NCBI GenBank assembly: GCA_964106645.2
Contig: OZ067039.1
Source: Podarcis pityusensis
Taxonomy: Eukaryota
DNA length: 64,000 nucleotides
Reading direction: 5' to 3' (one strand)
In this document: positions 29,221 to 42,000 of the stretch, in pieces
Position numbering within the stretch: position 1 is the stretch's first letter
Layout of the letters: each line of letters begins with the position of its first letter
The notes under the pieces: model-generated
What the model was told of the DNA's origin: nothing
Seen by the model: the letters and a program-made list of their open reading frames with translations, nothing else
The model's database searches: none
Translations under genes and position numbers: made by a program

Positions 29221-29386
29221 CAGGCAACTCCCAATTTGCGCAGGGGTTGCGTTCTTGGCATTTGCACTCTTCAGAGAAGTGCGCATAAGCCCACCCTGTC
29301 CCCATTCCACCCTCCACTGGGTCCAAAACAACCCATCTGCTGGCCGTCACTTTTCAACTGACCACACGCAAAATGGTCACTACCTG
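29221..29386. mobile_element. Degenerate Tc1/mariner MITE
   Basis: TA-caggcaactcccaattt ... aaaatggtcactacctg-TA imperfect TIRs. Confidence 0.5.
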
Positions 29387-31599
29387 TATAAGTAAAAATA
29401 CCTTTTATCATAAAAAAGAAATAGAAAGGAAACAAGACAAAGCTAGCGAATCAATATCCACAACAGAATTTTATTTTAAAAAGCTAGTTGTAAGAATGAT
29501 TATCAGTGCTCTAAGCCAGGTTGTGGAGGTCAAAAGCAATAAAGGAGTCTGCTCTAGTGTAGAACAAGGAAGCAAACTGCCACCACTTTATAACAGGTGT
29601 GTAACCAGATACCAGTGAAATATTTAACCCTTCCAAGTTGCTTCAGGCTTTAAACAGTAAAGTCTCATATATGACCACCCCGAGCCCCTTTCAGACACTA
29701 CCTCAAACTGAATACAGCAAGTGGTGATGTCTTCCAGCCCTTTCCCCAATCTCTACCTATTCAGGTCTGAAATAGTGTTTGACATGCATACGGTCATATG
29801 TATGAAAGTTTCTGCCACATGATTAGGTTTCCTAATCACACTGAAGAGCCTACACACATATAGATGTACACACCCCTTCTAGATCTTCTGCTGAATAAAG
29901 GTCTGAACAGGACTCAAGTCGGCTGAGATTCCAGCAAGTGTACATAACTAATTAAACAAGAGTGTTGAGTTGTACCCAACAGAATCATTGAATTAGCAGA
30001 ATGACTTCTGCTCACACCATGGAACTTCCACTCCCTTTCCTGCCTCTACCTCCCTTCCAAAATCTGCTTTGGGATTTCCCCCAAACATCCAAAGCAGATT
30101 TGGGGGTTGCAGACAGGATTCAATCCAGTATTTCCTCCACTTCCCATGTCCTACACAACAGTAATCGAGTATTCTGATTGGTAGAAAGCAGTGACCTTTT
30201 CCGCAGAGAGGGCATTTATATATAAAACATTTGGCCTAAAGGCTGTTCAATAACATAACACACACCCTTTAGGCCTCTCCTAGATGAGAATATAAAACTT
30301 CAGCTGGTTTTCCTTCAGCTTAAAAATCTTCTGCAAGTATGTTTTGCATTGAGCAGAAGTTGGGTATTTCATATCTGTTCTCTGACACAAAGCGCCTGTT
30401 CCATGAAAAGGAAATGGCACAAATAGAGTAAGATTCAAACATAAGCCCAACTGCACCCTCAACACAAAAACTGGGGGCTATAAATTATCCTAGAAAAGGT
30501 CTTGTTTGTATTCTCATTTCTTGACATTCCAACTGCTAAGAATGTACCCGAGGCCTTTCTATGAAGTTGTCATCCCCAGTTACTCTCAGTGACAGAACTC
30601 ACATCACTGCAGAAACTATCTGAGTTTCAGCTTTAGTACACTACTTCACTGAAAGTATAAGGAGTCTAAATGGAGAATAAAAAAAGAGAAACATAGGCTC
30701 CCATGCACACAGCAAACAACTGCTAGACAAACAGCCTTTCTCAAAGAACTCTGGCCACAAAGCCCAGGACTGGAACAGAGGGGCTAGTTAAAGGCTAGAA
30801 TCATGATATCTGGAAATTCCATTTGTCCCAGAGCACGTTTGTTGTAATTTTAGCCAATTTTTCTCCTAATATTGGGTTTAAGTGCAGACCAAGTTTCTAC
30901 CTTCTTAGCTAGCAGATAGGCACAACATAATCCGCAGTGCTAAATTGGAGCATGCATAGCAGAAGGCAAGGAATGAGCTTAATCAGCAGCAACTGGAATT
31001 CAGAATAAAACCACATAACGCACTGTATTGTACAGTGAAATGGAGAGGAAAAAATAGAAGCAGAAATGCACCCACAGAATTGTCAGATACTAAGCATACC
31101 AAGGAACTCAGCACTGGTCACCTTTTCATCAAAGTGTTCTGGAATTACTGTTGTCTGCAATGCGGATTTGGAAATTGTGACCACATGTTAAGTTCATCTT
31201 CAACAGAAACAGATAACGCATTTGGCAAAACGGATCCATTTAGCTTATCCCATTGTGGAAACTTGAGGAGTACTGGAAGTGTTAAGCAAAGGTTTAATGC
31301 TAAAGATTTTGTGGGCATGGTATGTTGCCTGGTGATTCAGGGAAAGACATATCAGACCAATTCCACTATTTTGGGGATTACAAATTAAAAAATCCTGCAA
31401 CTAAGTCAAAGTTCTTAGTTCTCAGAAGAAAGAAGATAACAATAAATGAACCAATGAAGGAGGCTCTAAATTCCCAGATATAAAAGCATGGCAAGTCACC
31501 TGCTGCCGTGGCAGCAGTCAGTCTGTGGGGCAGAGCTACTCTCCTTTGACGTTTTAAATAATTATGTACATCAGAGAAAGTCCAAGCTGGAGATGAGAG

Positions 31600-31707
31600 T
31601 TATTTCACCAAAGGTCGGGTTTTATCATCATCACTGCACTGGTGGGCTTTGTATTTTTTCACTTCAGCCATATATTTGGCCCACGCATCACCTTTACTTG
31701 TCAAAAC
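31600..31707 (-). CDS. TRIR: TRIR exon 3 (ends RPLVK*)
   Basis: tag acceptor; TAA at 31602-31600. Confidence 0.94.
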   Translation of the reverse strand, partial: VLTSKGDAWAKYMAEVKKYKAHQCSDDDKTRPLVK

Positions 31708-34700
31708 CTACAAACAAAACAGGAGAGGCAAAAATGACATGTTACATATCTCAAATTATTTTATTCAGAAGCATACCATATACAGAAAACATTAACGCTC
31801 AAAAAACAATGGCATAAACCTAACCATCTAACTAGGAATCTGTGGGTTGTACTAGGAAGCCTCAGGTTCAAATTCTTGCTCAGCTATAAACCTCACAGTA
31901 TGACACTGGGGTAGTCAACATCTCTTTAGTCTAACCTACCACATAATATTGTGAAGACAAAAGGAGGATAACCCCAGCTACTTGATCTGCCATTATCTCA
32001 TTGGAATTAAAAGAACTGGGTCATAGTCAGTGCTGCTGTAACAGACGTTCCCATCTTCTCCTTTCCAGTCCTCACAAGGACCCTCTGCAGCAGATTTTGA
32101 AGGTGCATGCGAGAAGGATGGGAGTCCTATTATGCAAGAGGAACTCTGTAAATGCAGCATTTGAAACAACCCTCTTTACAAAAATGAAATAGACAGGGAA
32201 GCGTAACACTTAACTAGGAAATATCAGTTCTTCAGTTCACTTGACAAGCACCTTTCCTACTAAGGAAGAACACAAGCTTCCAGCTTCATTGCTATTATCA
32301 CAACTGAAGCAGGAACAAGAAATAAAGTACTCTTCTGCTGCTCCTGTAGACCTATATAGCAGTTTTTCATTGAAGGGCTGCCACTGCCGTTATTGCAGAG
32401 TTCATATTCTTTCTGTGGGTTGTCTCTTTCTCTCTCCCTCCCCTCACATACACAAATTAAAGCAACCTGCCCCTGAGATTCTAGCAGAGGCCAAAAATCA
32501 TTCTTCAGTTCTCCTACAAATTTTCTCGCACTCCAAAGATGGCCATTTCCCTAAAGATGGAAGGTCAACATCAGTGCCAAACTTAGATAGCATGAGGGAG
32601 AAGAATATTAGCTTCAACTTCCATTACTGCTGAAATGGAAGCAAAAGCATTGCTGCCCCATGGGCTGTCAAGCTGACATAAATGAGGTTCATGCTAACTT
32701 ACCTCATCCTCTGTCTTTTGTTTCTTGGCTACCACTCCTGTCTTCAGGGCTAGCTTGCTGCCCCCTCTCCGCTTGCCCACCTGGGTGAAGGGACAGAAGA
32801 CTGCAACCGTTATACGAGCCTGGGAGCTGCAAGGGGAATGTTGCCCACTATATAACGGTATAGGGAGTCCTTCAATTAGATCATCTTAGCTCGCCATCAC
32901 ACCTGTCAGTCAGTACAGAGCTGCCGAGCGTTACCTACACCGTTGTGCTAGGAGGGTAAAAGGGCACCTTAGCAGTGTTCACCAATACATCTGTACAGAT
33001 TAGCCCAAACATTAAAAGACACATTTTATAAGAAAATGAAGTATTCTGAATGCTTTCCAGGCTCAATGTCCATTAGAAAATAGGATCAACACTGAACTTC
33101 CACTCACATTCCCCTAAAACATCACAACATACATGAAACTGTTTGATTTCCTAATAATTACAAGGACAATCAAGTTGGCAGAGTCAGTCTTATTCCTGTC
33201 TAGGGAGGGGCTGTGTGTGCTACTGTCATTCTATAAATCTGTATAATCTCCATAAAACAAAAATGGATTTCTAAGAGCAGCTCGAGGCTTAAGATATGAA
33301 ATTTCAGCTTTCATTTTGAAAAAAACAAGCTTGAAAACAGATGGGGACCTTCCGCTAAAAACTAAGGAACAAGAGCAGGGTTTCAATGCCCACTATCAGA
33401 ACCCTGCTCACATCCTGAAATTCCTGCAGTACATGCCCCCTATGCTCTTCCTATTCATAGCACCACTAATGCCATATGCCCAAACGTATGCTCCATTTCC
33501 AAGAATCCTCTATCTAGAGACTCCAGGTTTCATAAGACTGAAAGGGAAAAAATACTAATTTTGTTACTCTTAGCCTGCAATTCCATACACAATAACCTGG
33601 TATTAATTCCCATTGAACTCAACAGCTTATTTTTTAGTAAACACAGAGCACCGTGTTGTTATTCCATTCTGAGTAGCCTCCCCTTTTCTATAACAGGCTA
33701 TGTTATTAATGCTAAACCAATAGAGAATACAGTCACATTTGCACTCTTCTCTATCCAGCTGCGAACCAAATAGCAGCTTATTTCAGAATTATCACACCAA
33801 TACGGATGTTGAACGGATTTCATTCTGTTGTAAGAATGATACTATCTGTGCAGAAAAACTTCCATATGCTAGACAAAAAACCCATTTACTTGCAACAGCT
33901 GTTTAAAGCAGGGAAAACTCCTGGTTTGCTTTAAGAAAAAAGGCCTAGTTTATCTTAATACACCTCAGTTCCTTTGTTTTCATATAAGGCCTGTATCAGT
34001 CTCTGTATCAGGTGGTTCTCCAAAACACAGCTAAATCAAAGCATTATGTGGTGGTATTTTACTTGCAGTTCACAGGATGGCCTTCTAGATCTCCTACTTC
34101 CAATTTGAATCTATATTCCACACATCAGGATTGACACTTTAAGTTTCTCAGAAGGAGGCAATTATTTATTTTGCACCTTGCACTTTTATCTGTCCCAAGT
34201 TAAGATTCAGTAGGGTTTTTTTTAAAAAAAATTGTCATAATTTTGTTGGAGTATTTTGGCTGTGGCTACTGAATGGCTTTGATTTTTAGAAATGCACAGC
34301 AGCAGGTAGTTCCGTCATGGGGCAGGATTATTAAGAACCCCAAAAGGCAAGCTTGGAACTTAAAGTTCACCCACTTGGAAATAAGGCACGCTGAAATTAA
34401 TGAGTTTTTGAGCAAATATGTTTATGGTCAGAGAATAAAAGGGATTTTGATGTTTACTTTATAGACTGAGATCAGGACTAGTTAAGTAAAAATAGCCTCC
34501 CAACATTTATTGGGGACAGCACTTATTCTAGAACTGCCTACTTAAAATCAATATGAACAAACCCAGCAAAACATTAACTTGCACAGCAATGACAGATGTC
34601 GACTATAGTATGCAACAGATATTTTTAAAAATTGCTTGCTGCATACTCCTATGCTATATATTACCGGGGCGAGGGAGATCAGCACTAAATTTATAACGTG

Positions 34701-35300
34701 AATTAAAGTGAGCTTTGAAAACCTTTGTCGAGAGCTCGGAGGAAGAAGAGAATTTAACAGTGCTCCTAGTAACATTATTCCGCTACCGTAACAGAAATAC
34801 TGGGGGGAGGGGAAGAGAGAACATTTTACAGGGGTGAGGAAGTGCTTCACCCGTTGAACTTCTGCCTGCCAAGCACCTATTAAGGACACACGCGACCATG
34901 TCAGGAAAGGAGATGAAAACTGGCAGGCAGAAGGCGCCAGCCAGCGCCTCGGTCCTTTGGGGTCTGGGGAGGGCGGAGGCAGAAAGCGAAGAGGAGTAAG
35001 CCAAGGGACAGGGGAGGAGGGGGTGTCAGGGCCCGGATCCCTTACGAAGCTGAGGGCGCTCCCGCTCCGCTTCTTTTCCGGCGGCTCCTGTTCCCCGGGC
35101 GGCTCCGGCCGAGACTCCGTCTCTCTCTGCTTTTCGGCCCCCGCTTTCCCCGCTCCCGGTCCGCTCCTCCCTCCCGCGGCGGCGGCCTCTTCCATGCGCC
35201 GCTTGAAGAGCTCTAGGAAGGAGCCGTCGTTGGCGAACACGTTCACTCCGCCCGGCCCGGCCGCCTCGGAGCCTGGGCCCCTGCCTTGCGCCGCCGCCAT
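31600..35300 (-). CDS. TRIR: Telomerase RNA component interacting RNase (C19orf43), 146 aa, 3 exons
   Basis: Exons 35046-35300, 32703-32780 and 31600-31707 give MAAAQGRGPG...VNVFANDGSFLELFKRRMEE...SF VGKRRGGSKLALKTGVVAKKQKTEDE VLTSKGDAWAKYMAEVKKYKAHQCSDDDKTRPLVK*. Confidence 0.95.
32703..32780 (-). CDS. TRIR: TRIR exon 2
   Basis: cag/gtaagt boundaries, 78 nt. Confidence 0.94.
35046..35300 (-). CDS. TRIR: TRIR exon 1
   Basis: aagATGg start; FANDGSFLELFK motif; gtaagg donor. Confidence 0.93.
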
Positions 35301-35928
35301 CTTGCGCCGCCCTCCCTGCCTTGAGCGTACGCGCCCTGGAGCACGGTGGGGAGCGGTGACGACGCCGGCGCCGCAAAGCACGACGGGAGAGGCGACGTTG
35401 CTAGGCTGCTCACGCACGTCAAAAAAAAAAAAAAAGGAGAAGTATCGCAGAACGACAGGCCGCGTCCGCCCTGCGGGATACTGACAGGCCTTCTGAGCCA
35501 ATCAAAAAAAGCAACGGGCCGCAGCCTTGGGGGGGGGGGGGAAATCGATGATGGAGTGAGCATTTTACCAATCAGAAACAGCGGGAGGCGGGCGTTTGGG
35601 GTGGGTGGGAGCTCCTTCAGAAAGCGGTTCAGGAGCCAATCAAGAAAGGAAACTGCCGGCCTATAGGCTGAGATAAGACAAGTGTGGGCAAGACCATATC
35701 AGCCGACTAGGAAGGGGTGCGATGACTGTGTTACTCAACCTTTTTGTGACGCACCGGTTTGAGCATCTTGTGTGATTGAAGGATCTGAAGAGCAGGGCGA
35801 GGTCGGGAAGAGTACTTGCGCGCCTTGCTTCCTGTTAATGAGCGAAGGCGCTGAGCGGGGACAACCAACCTGAATCTCCCTACAAGATGGTGTAGCTCTG
35901 CGTCTTGTCACGTGATTTTGGTTTCAAG
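35301..35928. promoter_or_regulatory. Bidirectional CpG-island promoter shared by TRIR and GET3
   Basis: 628 bp between divergent ATGs; CCAAT boxes at 35498, 35568 and 35636; E-box GTCACGTGA 35907-35915. Confidence 0.85.
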
Positions 35929-36095
35929 ATGGCGACGGCGGCGGCGGCATCTGGGTTGGCGACTGAGGCGGATGAGTTCGAGGACGCACCAGACGTGGAG
36001 CCGCTGGAGCCGACACTGAGTAACATCATCGAGCAGCGGAGCCTGAAATGGATTTTCGTCGGAGGGAAGGGTGGCGTTGGCAAGACCACCTGCAG
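35929..36095 (+). CDS. GET3: GET3 exon 1
   Basis: MATAAAASG...[10 protein letters not shown]; gtgggt donor. Confidence 0.95.
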
Positions 36096-39000
36096 GTGGG
36101 TTGGTCAGGGAGATGTCGTTGGGAAGGATGGCAGACATTGCCGCCTCCGCCTTTCTCTCTCCTTGGCAGCTGCTGCTGTGCCTTTTCAGGAGCTGTGTGA
36201 CAGGCAGAAACCCAGCAAGCGCAGCTTTCATGCCGCTGAACCTCTGCTGGCAAAAGCTCTACCTGTTGAACGTCCGCATCTCATTAAGCTATGGAGAATA
36301 GTGACTTATTAGGCAAGCGAATTGTATGCACCTTCATGCCACTGTATGTAAATATCATGGCATTTGGGGCACCCTGCTTCAGATGCGAGACTGGATGAAA
36401 CTGAGCAGAAGCATAGGGGTTGGGTGCCTTCCTTTTTCAGATTCATATTTTGACAGTGGTCATTTATGCCTTCTTAATCTCAAGACTAAGTATTTGAAGC
36501 TGCTTTTATGTGTGGTTGTCCTTGATGACTGAAAGCTTCATTTAGAGCAGAATGCATTTTCAGACAAATTCTGAAGAATGTAATTGTTCTGGTACTTGGA
36601 CTGAACCCTCACTGCCTTCTAGGCATAGCTTTATCTTGTAAACCCCCAAATGGCTTGGATTAACTTAATTTGTATCTTGCCTACTTCCTTGTGCAACTCT
36701 GCCAACAATACCTTCTTGATTATATTAGCATTGCTGTTGTGGAATAACCTTGTAGTGGTAGGTTTCCCATTGTGCAATGCCTTTTCTTCATAAAGATTTT
36801 TAAAATTGTAGATCAGAACTTAAAACACTATTAGAGGCTATTAAATTTGGCTGGTGGGTGTGTGTGTGTGTGTTGGACTTTGATGTCTAGGGTTAAACCT
36901 TTTAAAGTGTGGGCTTTCAATATATTCTAGATTTACTTTGTGGTGACTCATAATAAACTCATTAATATATTATTTGGCCGGTTTTTTTGGCGGGGGGCGG
37001 AGGTAACCTGTCTTGAAAGAGAGGGGTATCACAAGTTAAATAGCTGAAGCTGTCATTCTGTGCACGCTTACTCAGGAGTGAGCTGTTTTGCTAAGCCAAT
37101 ATGCATATGATTTGGCTGCTTCTGAGTAGCTACTTGTCTGTGACAAGTAAGCACCTCCATAGAGAAGCAAAGTTGGAAGTCTTTGGATCATAATTTCTTA
37201 GGGTGGACAAATCCAAACAGACCTACTAAGACTGTGATAGCTGAAGAGCTTATGTTCTATGTTTGTATGTATTTCCTTTTGTGATGTTAATAACTGGACA
37301 TTGCTTTACTTCCTGAATCTAGCTGCAGCCTGGCTGTGCAGCTGTCCAAAGTGCGGGAGAGTGTCCTCATCATCTCCACCGATCCTGCTCATAACATATC
37401 AGATGCTTTCGACCAGAAATTTTCCAAAGTCCCCACCAAAGTAAAGGGCTATGATAACCTTTTTGCCATGGTGAGTGTTCCTCTGAAGGGACTGGGTAGT
37501 ATTGAGCAAAAAAACAAAAACGGTTCTTACTACATATAGGAAAAGATCAGGCAGGGGGTGAAAACATTCTTTTTTCTGATCTTGCTCTTTCACACTGAAT
37601 AGATTATGATATGTAGCAATAAGGCAAGTAAACCAACTGAAGTTTTCCTCCAAAATGTCTGTGTCTTGGACTGTGAGGAGATGATCGTATATTTTGTTTA
37701 ACTGGTTTCTCTTCGTTGTATTTTAAGTGATGTGACTAATGTAGTGGTTTGTAACCTCGAGAATTTATCTGTAACTTAGACTTGCATTCTATAAAATTAT
37801 GAATGAAATAAATTCCATCAGCAGCAATATACATAAACAGCTAGTGTTTCATGGGCAAGTATCAAACTTACAGCAGCCTTTAGTAGAAACAGTTGAAAAA
37901 ATATTTTCTATCAAATAACCTGTGATCAGCATAACATGTGACAATACATTGACACATACAAATAAATGCTTCCAAAACAAGACCCTCTGCATATGACACT
38001 TTGTATCTGTAAGTTGCAGGTTAGCACTAAGTCTGTGTGGGAAGTTGTAATGCCCACAGGAATTCACACTGGGCTATGAGAACACCCTAATTATTTGTTT
38101 CTTTTCAAACCAACATTTATCATAATCTTCAGGGAAGACAAATGTCAGGGAAATCTCCCCGACCTTTTTTTAAAAGGATTTTATATGCAATTACTATATA
38201 GTGGTATTTCTGGTTGCGAACGGGATCCATTCTGGAGGCCCATTCGCAACATGAACTCAACCCGCAGCGGTGAGTCTGCACATGCGCGGGTTGCAGTTCG
38301 CTGCTTCTGTGCATGTGCATGGCATCGTTTTGCGTGTCTGCGCATGCGCAAGTGTCAAAACCCGGAAGTACCCTAAATTTAGGGAAGTACCCTAAATTGT
38401 CCAATGTTGACAACAAATAGTGCTGATTGTATGCCTTTTACTGGATTTACATTTTCAAACATCTTGAGGTTATTTTCTTTTTCCTCCATGTATTCCGCAA
38501 CGACAAGCATAAAAATAGCCTCAAATTACAAAGAAATCAGTTATTTGTGGTGTTACTTTTAATTGTGAGTTGACATGGTGAGCATTAGTTTGAAAGCCTC
38601 TTTGACTGGACATTGAAAGAATTGTTCTACAAATCGGGGGTTTTAGCTCTGTTTTAAACATCATGTTTCTTTTTGAATAGCTGAATGACTCTGCTTTTGT
38701 TTTATGAAAAGTGGTGCTGATCCTTCTATTTATTTCTCAGGAGATTGATCCCAGCCTAGGTGTGGCTGAACTTCCAGATGAGTTCTTTGAGGAGGATAAC
38801 ATGCTGAGTATGGGCAAGAAGATGATGCAAGAGGCTATGAGTGCCTTTCCTGGCATTGATGAGGCCATGAGCTACGCAGAAGTTATGCGGTAAGAACTGT
38901 GGCCTGGATCATCAAGCCTTCTAACGTTTTCTAGCCTGTGGGAGGCTTATTTATTTATTATTTCATAAAATTTATACACCGCTTGATTGTGGGTTAAAAA

Positions 39001-42000
39001 ACAAACAAACCTCAAAGCGGTTTTTGGGTTGAGAAGCAGAAGACCAGACTTCAAAGGTATTTTACTGTGTTCACCATTACGAAGTTTGGGTTAGCCAGAG
39101 GTATCCCAAGCCTAATGGTTTAGCCATTAGGATAGTCCAGCATAGTAACTGAGTATGCTTTGCACAAGGCCAGAGTTATTATATTATTTGTGATTTGTAT
39201 CCAACTAAGTAGGCTTCCTGTAATAATAAAATAATAATAGTAGTAATAATAGTAATAATAATTTAATTTATTTATATGCTGTCCATCTGACTTGGCTTAC
39301 CCCAGCCACTCTGGGTGGCTTCCAACAAATATAAAAGCGCAATAAAACATTAAATACTTTACTATACAGGGCCAGTGTTAGAAACAGAGATACGAAAGCT
39401 GGGAGCTAAATGGCACCTTAAACCTAGGTTATGGGCACAACAACAGAATGTGTGATACCTTCGGGTATAGGGCGGTATAGAAAATAAATAATAATAATAC
39501 TACACTTTTTAAATAACAGAAATACAAATCTGAAAATGAATGAACTGCAGCTAAAGTATTATGTTCATTTTTCCCATGATCTAGTCCTTCCCCTGCCCAT
39601 CCCTCTAATATTATTAAGAGGGTCTCTTCTCCAGTCTTCGAAGAGTAGCTGGAAGTGGGAAGGCTGAAAAAGGTCCTCCTTTCCTTCTACTCTTTAGTTT
39701 TAATCTGAAATCTTAGGCGCGGTATTGCACCCAGAGCTCAGAAACTGCTCACCCTAATGAAATCCCTGTCGCAAAATGTGCCTAGAACAATGGGAGTTTT
39801 GAACACTGTATGGGGCTGACTTCTTGTTGTTTAAATAAGTAGGCTCACCTAAGTTAGCCATGACCATTAATTTAAATGGCTCTAATCGTGAGTATGGCTA
39901 ATGTTGGATTCAACCTTTTGTGATTTATGCGTCATTTTTTGTACTGGACAAATTTGTGCACCAAAGTTCCATAACATCCATTGTTGCATGATATGGATTC
40001 CACATACAAAGTTTTCGTTCACAGAGCAAAGAAAGCACTAGCATTAAGTGAACCTTAGAGTGTACTGTATATGTATGCTGGGGAAGGTTAGTATAAAGAA
40101 AGAGGTGACTATTTCTAACTGCTCCAGCTGATGGTTCTTTCTCTGGCCTGCACAGGTTGGTGAAAGGGATGAATTTCTCCGTGGTAGTGTTTGACACAGC
40201 ACCCACTGGGCACACACTACGGTTGCTCAATTTCCCCACCATCGTGGAGCGGGGGCTAGGCCGCTTGATGCAGATAAAGAACCAGATCAGTCCCTTCATA
40301 TCACAGGTAAAATGGGAGAGGAGCCAGAAAAATGAGGCGTTCCTGGAAAAAAGACCATGCCAGACATCTTTTTAAAAATTTCCACCATGTGGCACTTTGC
40401 AAGCTTTTGCATGGACCCCAGTATTATTCTTGCAACACTCAGGAGCAACATGAAATAATCTATTTGATTTGTTGGGTTGCTTGCAGGACACAGTTGCACT
40501 TATTGCTCTTGGAGTATTGGGCTTTGTCACTCTGAGTTGAGCTGATAAGCAGGTTTTGCTTATTCCCTCCTCTGTTGCTTGCAGGACATGTAGGGGTGAC
40601 TTGTTGTCTCTTAATAGAAATCTCTCATTGCAACTCCCTCTCTGTTATTCACTAGATGTGCAACATGCTTGGCCTGGGAGACATGAATGCTGACCAGCTG
40701 GCCTCCAAGCTGGAGGAGACCCTCCCTGTCATCCGCTCAGTCAGTGAGCAGTTCAAGGATCCGGCAAGTATTCTGCAGAGATGAGGGGTTTGGGGGGGTG
40801 ATGCTTCACCCTTGGCAAAGGTGAATTTGGAATGTATAGTAAGATGAAACATGCTTACATTTGTGACTGCTTCATTAGATTTAACATTAATTAATTCAGT
40901 TAGCTATTTTTATATACTTGTTTTTTTATAATTTTGCAAAACTTTTAAAATTGTCTTCTCAAATGTAATATTCATTTTCAGTCCATTCAATAGTTGCAGT
41001 CTTCCAGGTGATATTAGTTCATTAGAATGATCAGGCTAAAGATGACTTCTCTCATAGCATAATATTCTATCAAGTAATGAAAAAGAACACTGAAATGTAG
41101 CTGGTTAAATGTTTGGAAGTAGCCAGAGATCAATTTCTGCTTAGTTCATTCCATGAAACGGCAACAAGGTCAGGTCAGGTCAAAATGAATGTTGTTTAAA
41201 TCTAGACAGGGACCATGTTTGCATGTAATGATAAGCCAGACTTTCTTCCATTCTGTGTGCATGATAAACAGATTGAAGACTTGGCTTCCTTCCTACATCT
41301 GAACCAGGAATCATGGTTTGTTGCTCTCTAATAAGCCATGATCAGCAAGTCAGCAACAAACTATGTTCCATGATAGGGTGACTTGAGTTTCTCTCACATA
41401 GGCTGGGCATATTTGTGTTCCAGTCGTGACAACAAGGTAACAAACAAACAAACAAACAAACAGAGTTCACCCATTACTACAGAATCTCATCCTTTGTATT
41501 TATAGAATCATAGAATTGTAGAGCTGGAAGGGATCCCGAGTCATCCAGTCCAACGTCCTGCAATACAGGAATTTCCGCTAAAGTATCCATGACAGATGAC
41601 TGTCCAGCCTCTGTTTTAAAACCTCCAGTGAAGGAGAGTCCACCACCTTCCAGTGGAAAGTTCTTCCTGATGTTTAGTCGGAATCTCCTTTCTTGTAACT
41701 TGAATCCATTGCTCCATCTTCCATGTGACAGCCCTTTACATATTTGAAGATGTAAATGATATTATGATATATGGTAGTATGTCTCCGGTGCTAAATTTAT
41801 CTAGAGGCCTCTGTGTTGCCACCCACAACTATTCTGTGGGAGAGTTTGCCCCTTTCCGGCTTTTTGGACTCTATACCCTCTTTAATGTGCAGAGCATGAC
41901 CACTTCCAGTATACCCTTTCCTGTCCTCCTTATAGAATTTGAATTCTAAGATAACCACATCTCACTGGTTGTCTCCATTCAACCGGGTTTCCATTATGCC

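Noticed and set aside
29205-29383. Apparent minus-strand exon with good splice sites downstream of TRIR
   Set aside because: Stops in all three frames; the acceptor is the TA-CAG end of a degenerate mariner MITE
34548-35501. 317-aa ORF in the ORF track
   Set aside because: TRIR exon 1 read through into promoter and intron; only 35046-35300 is coding
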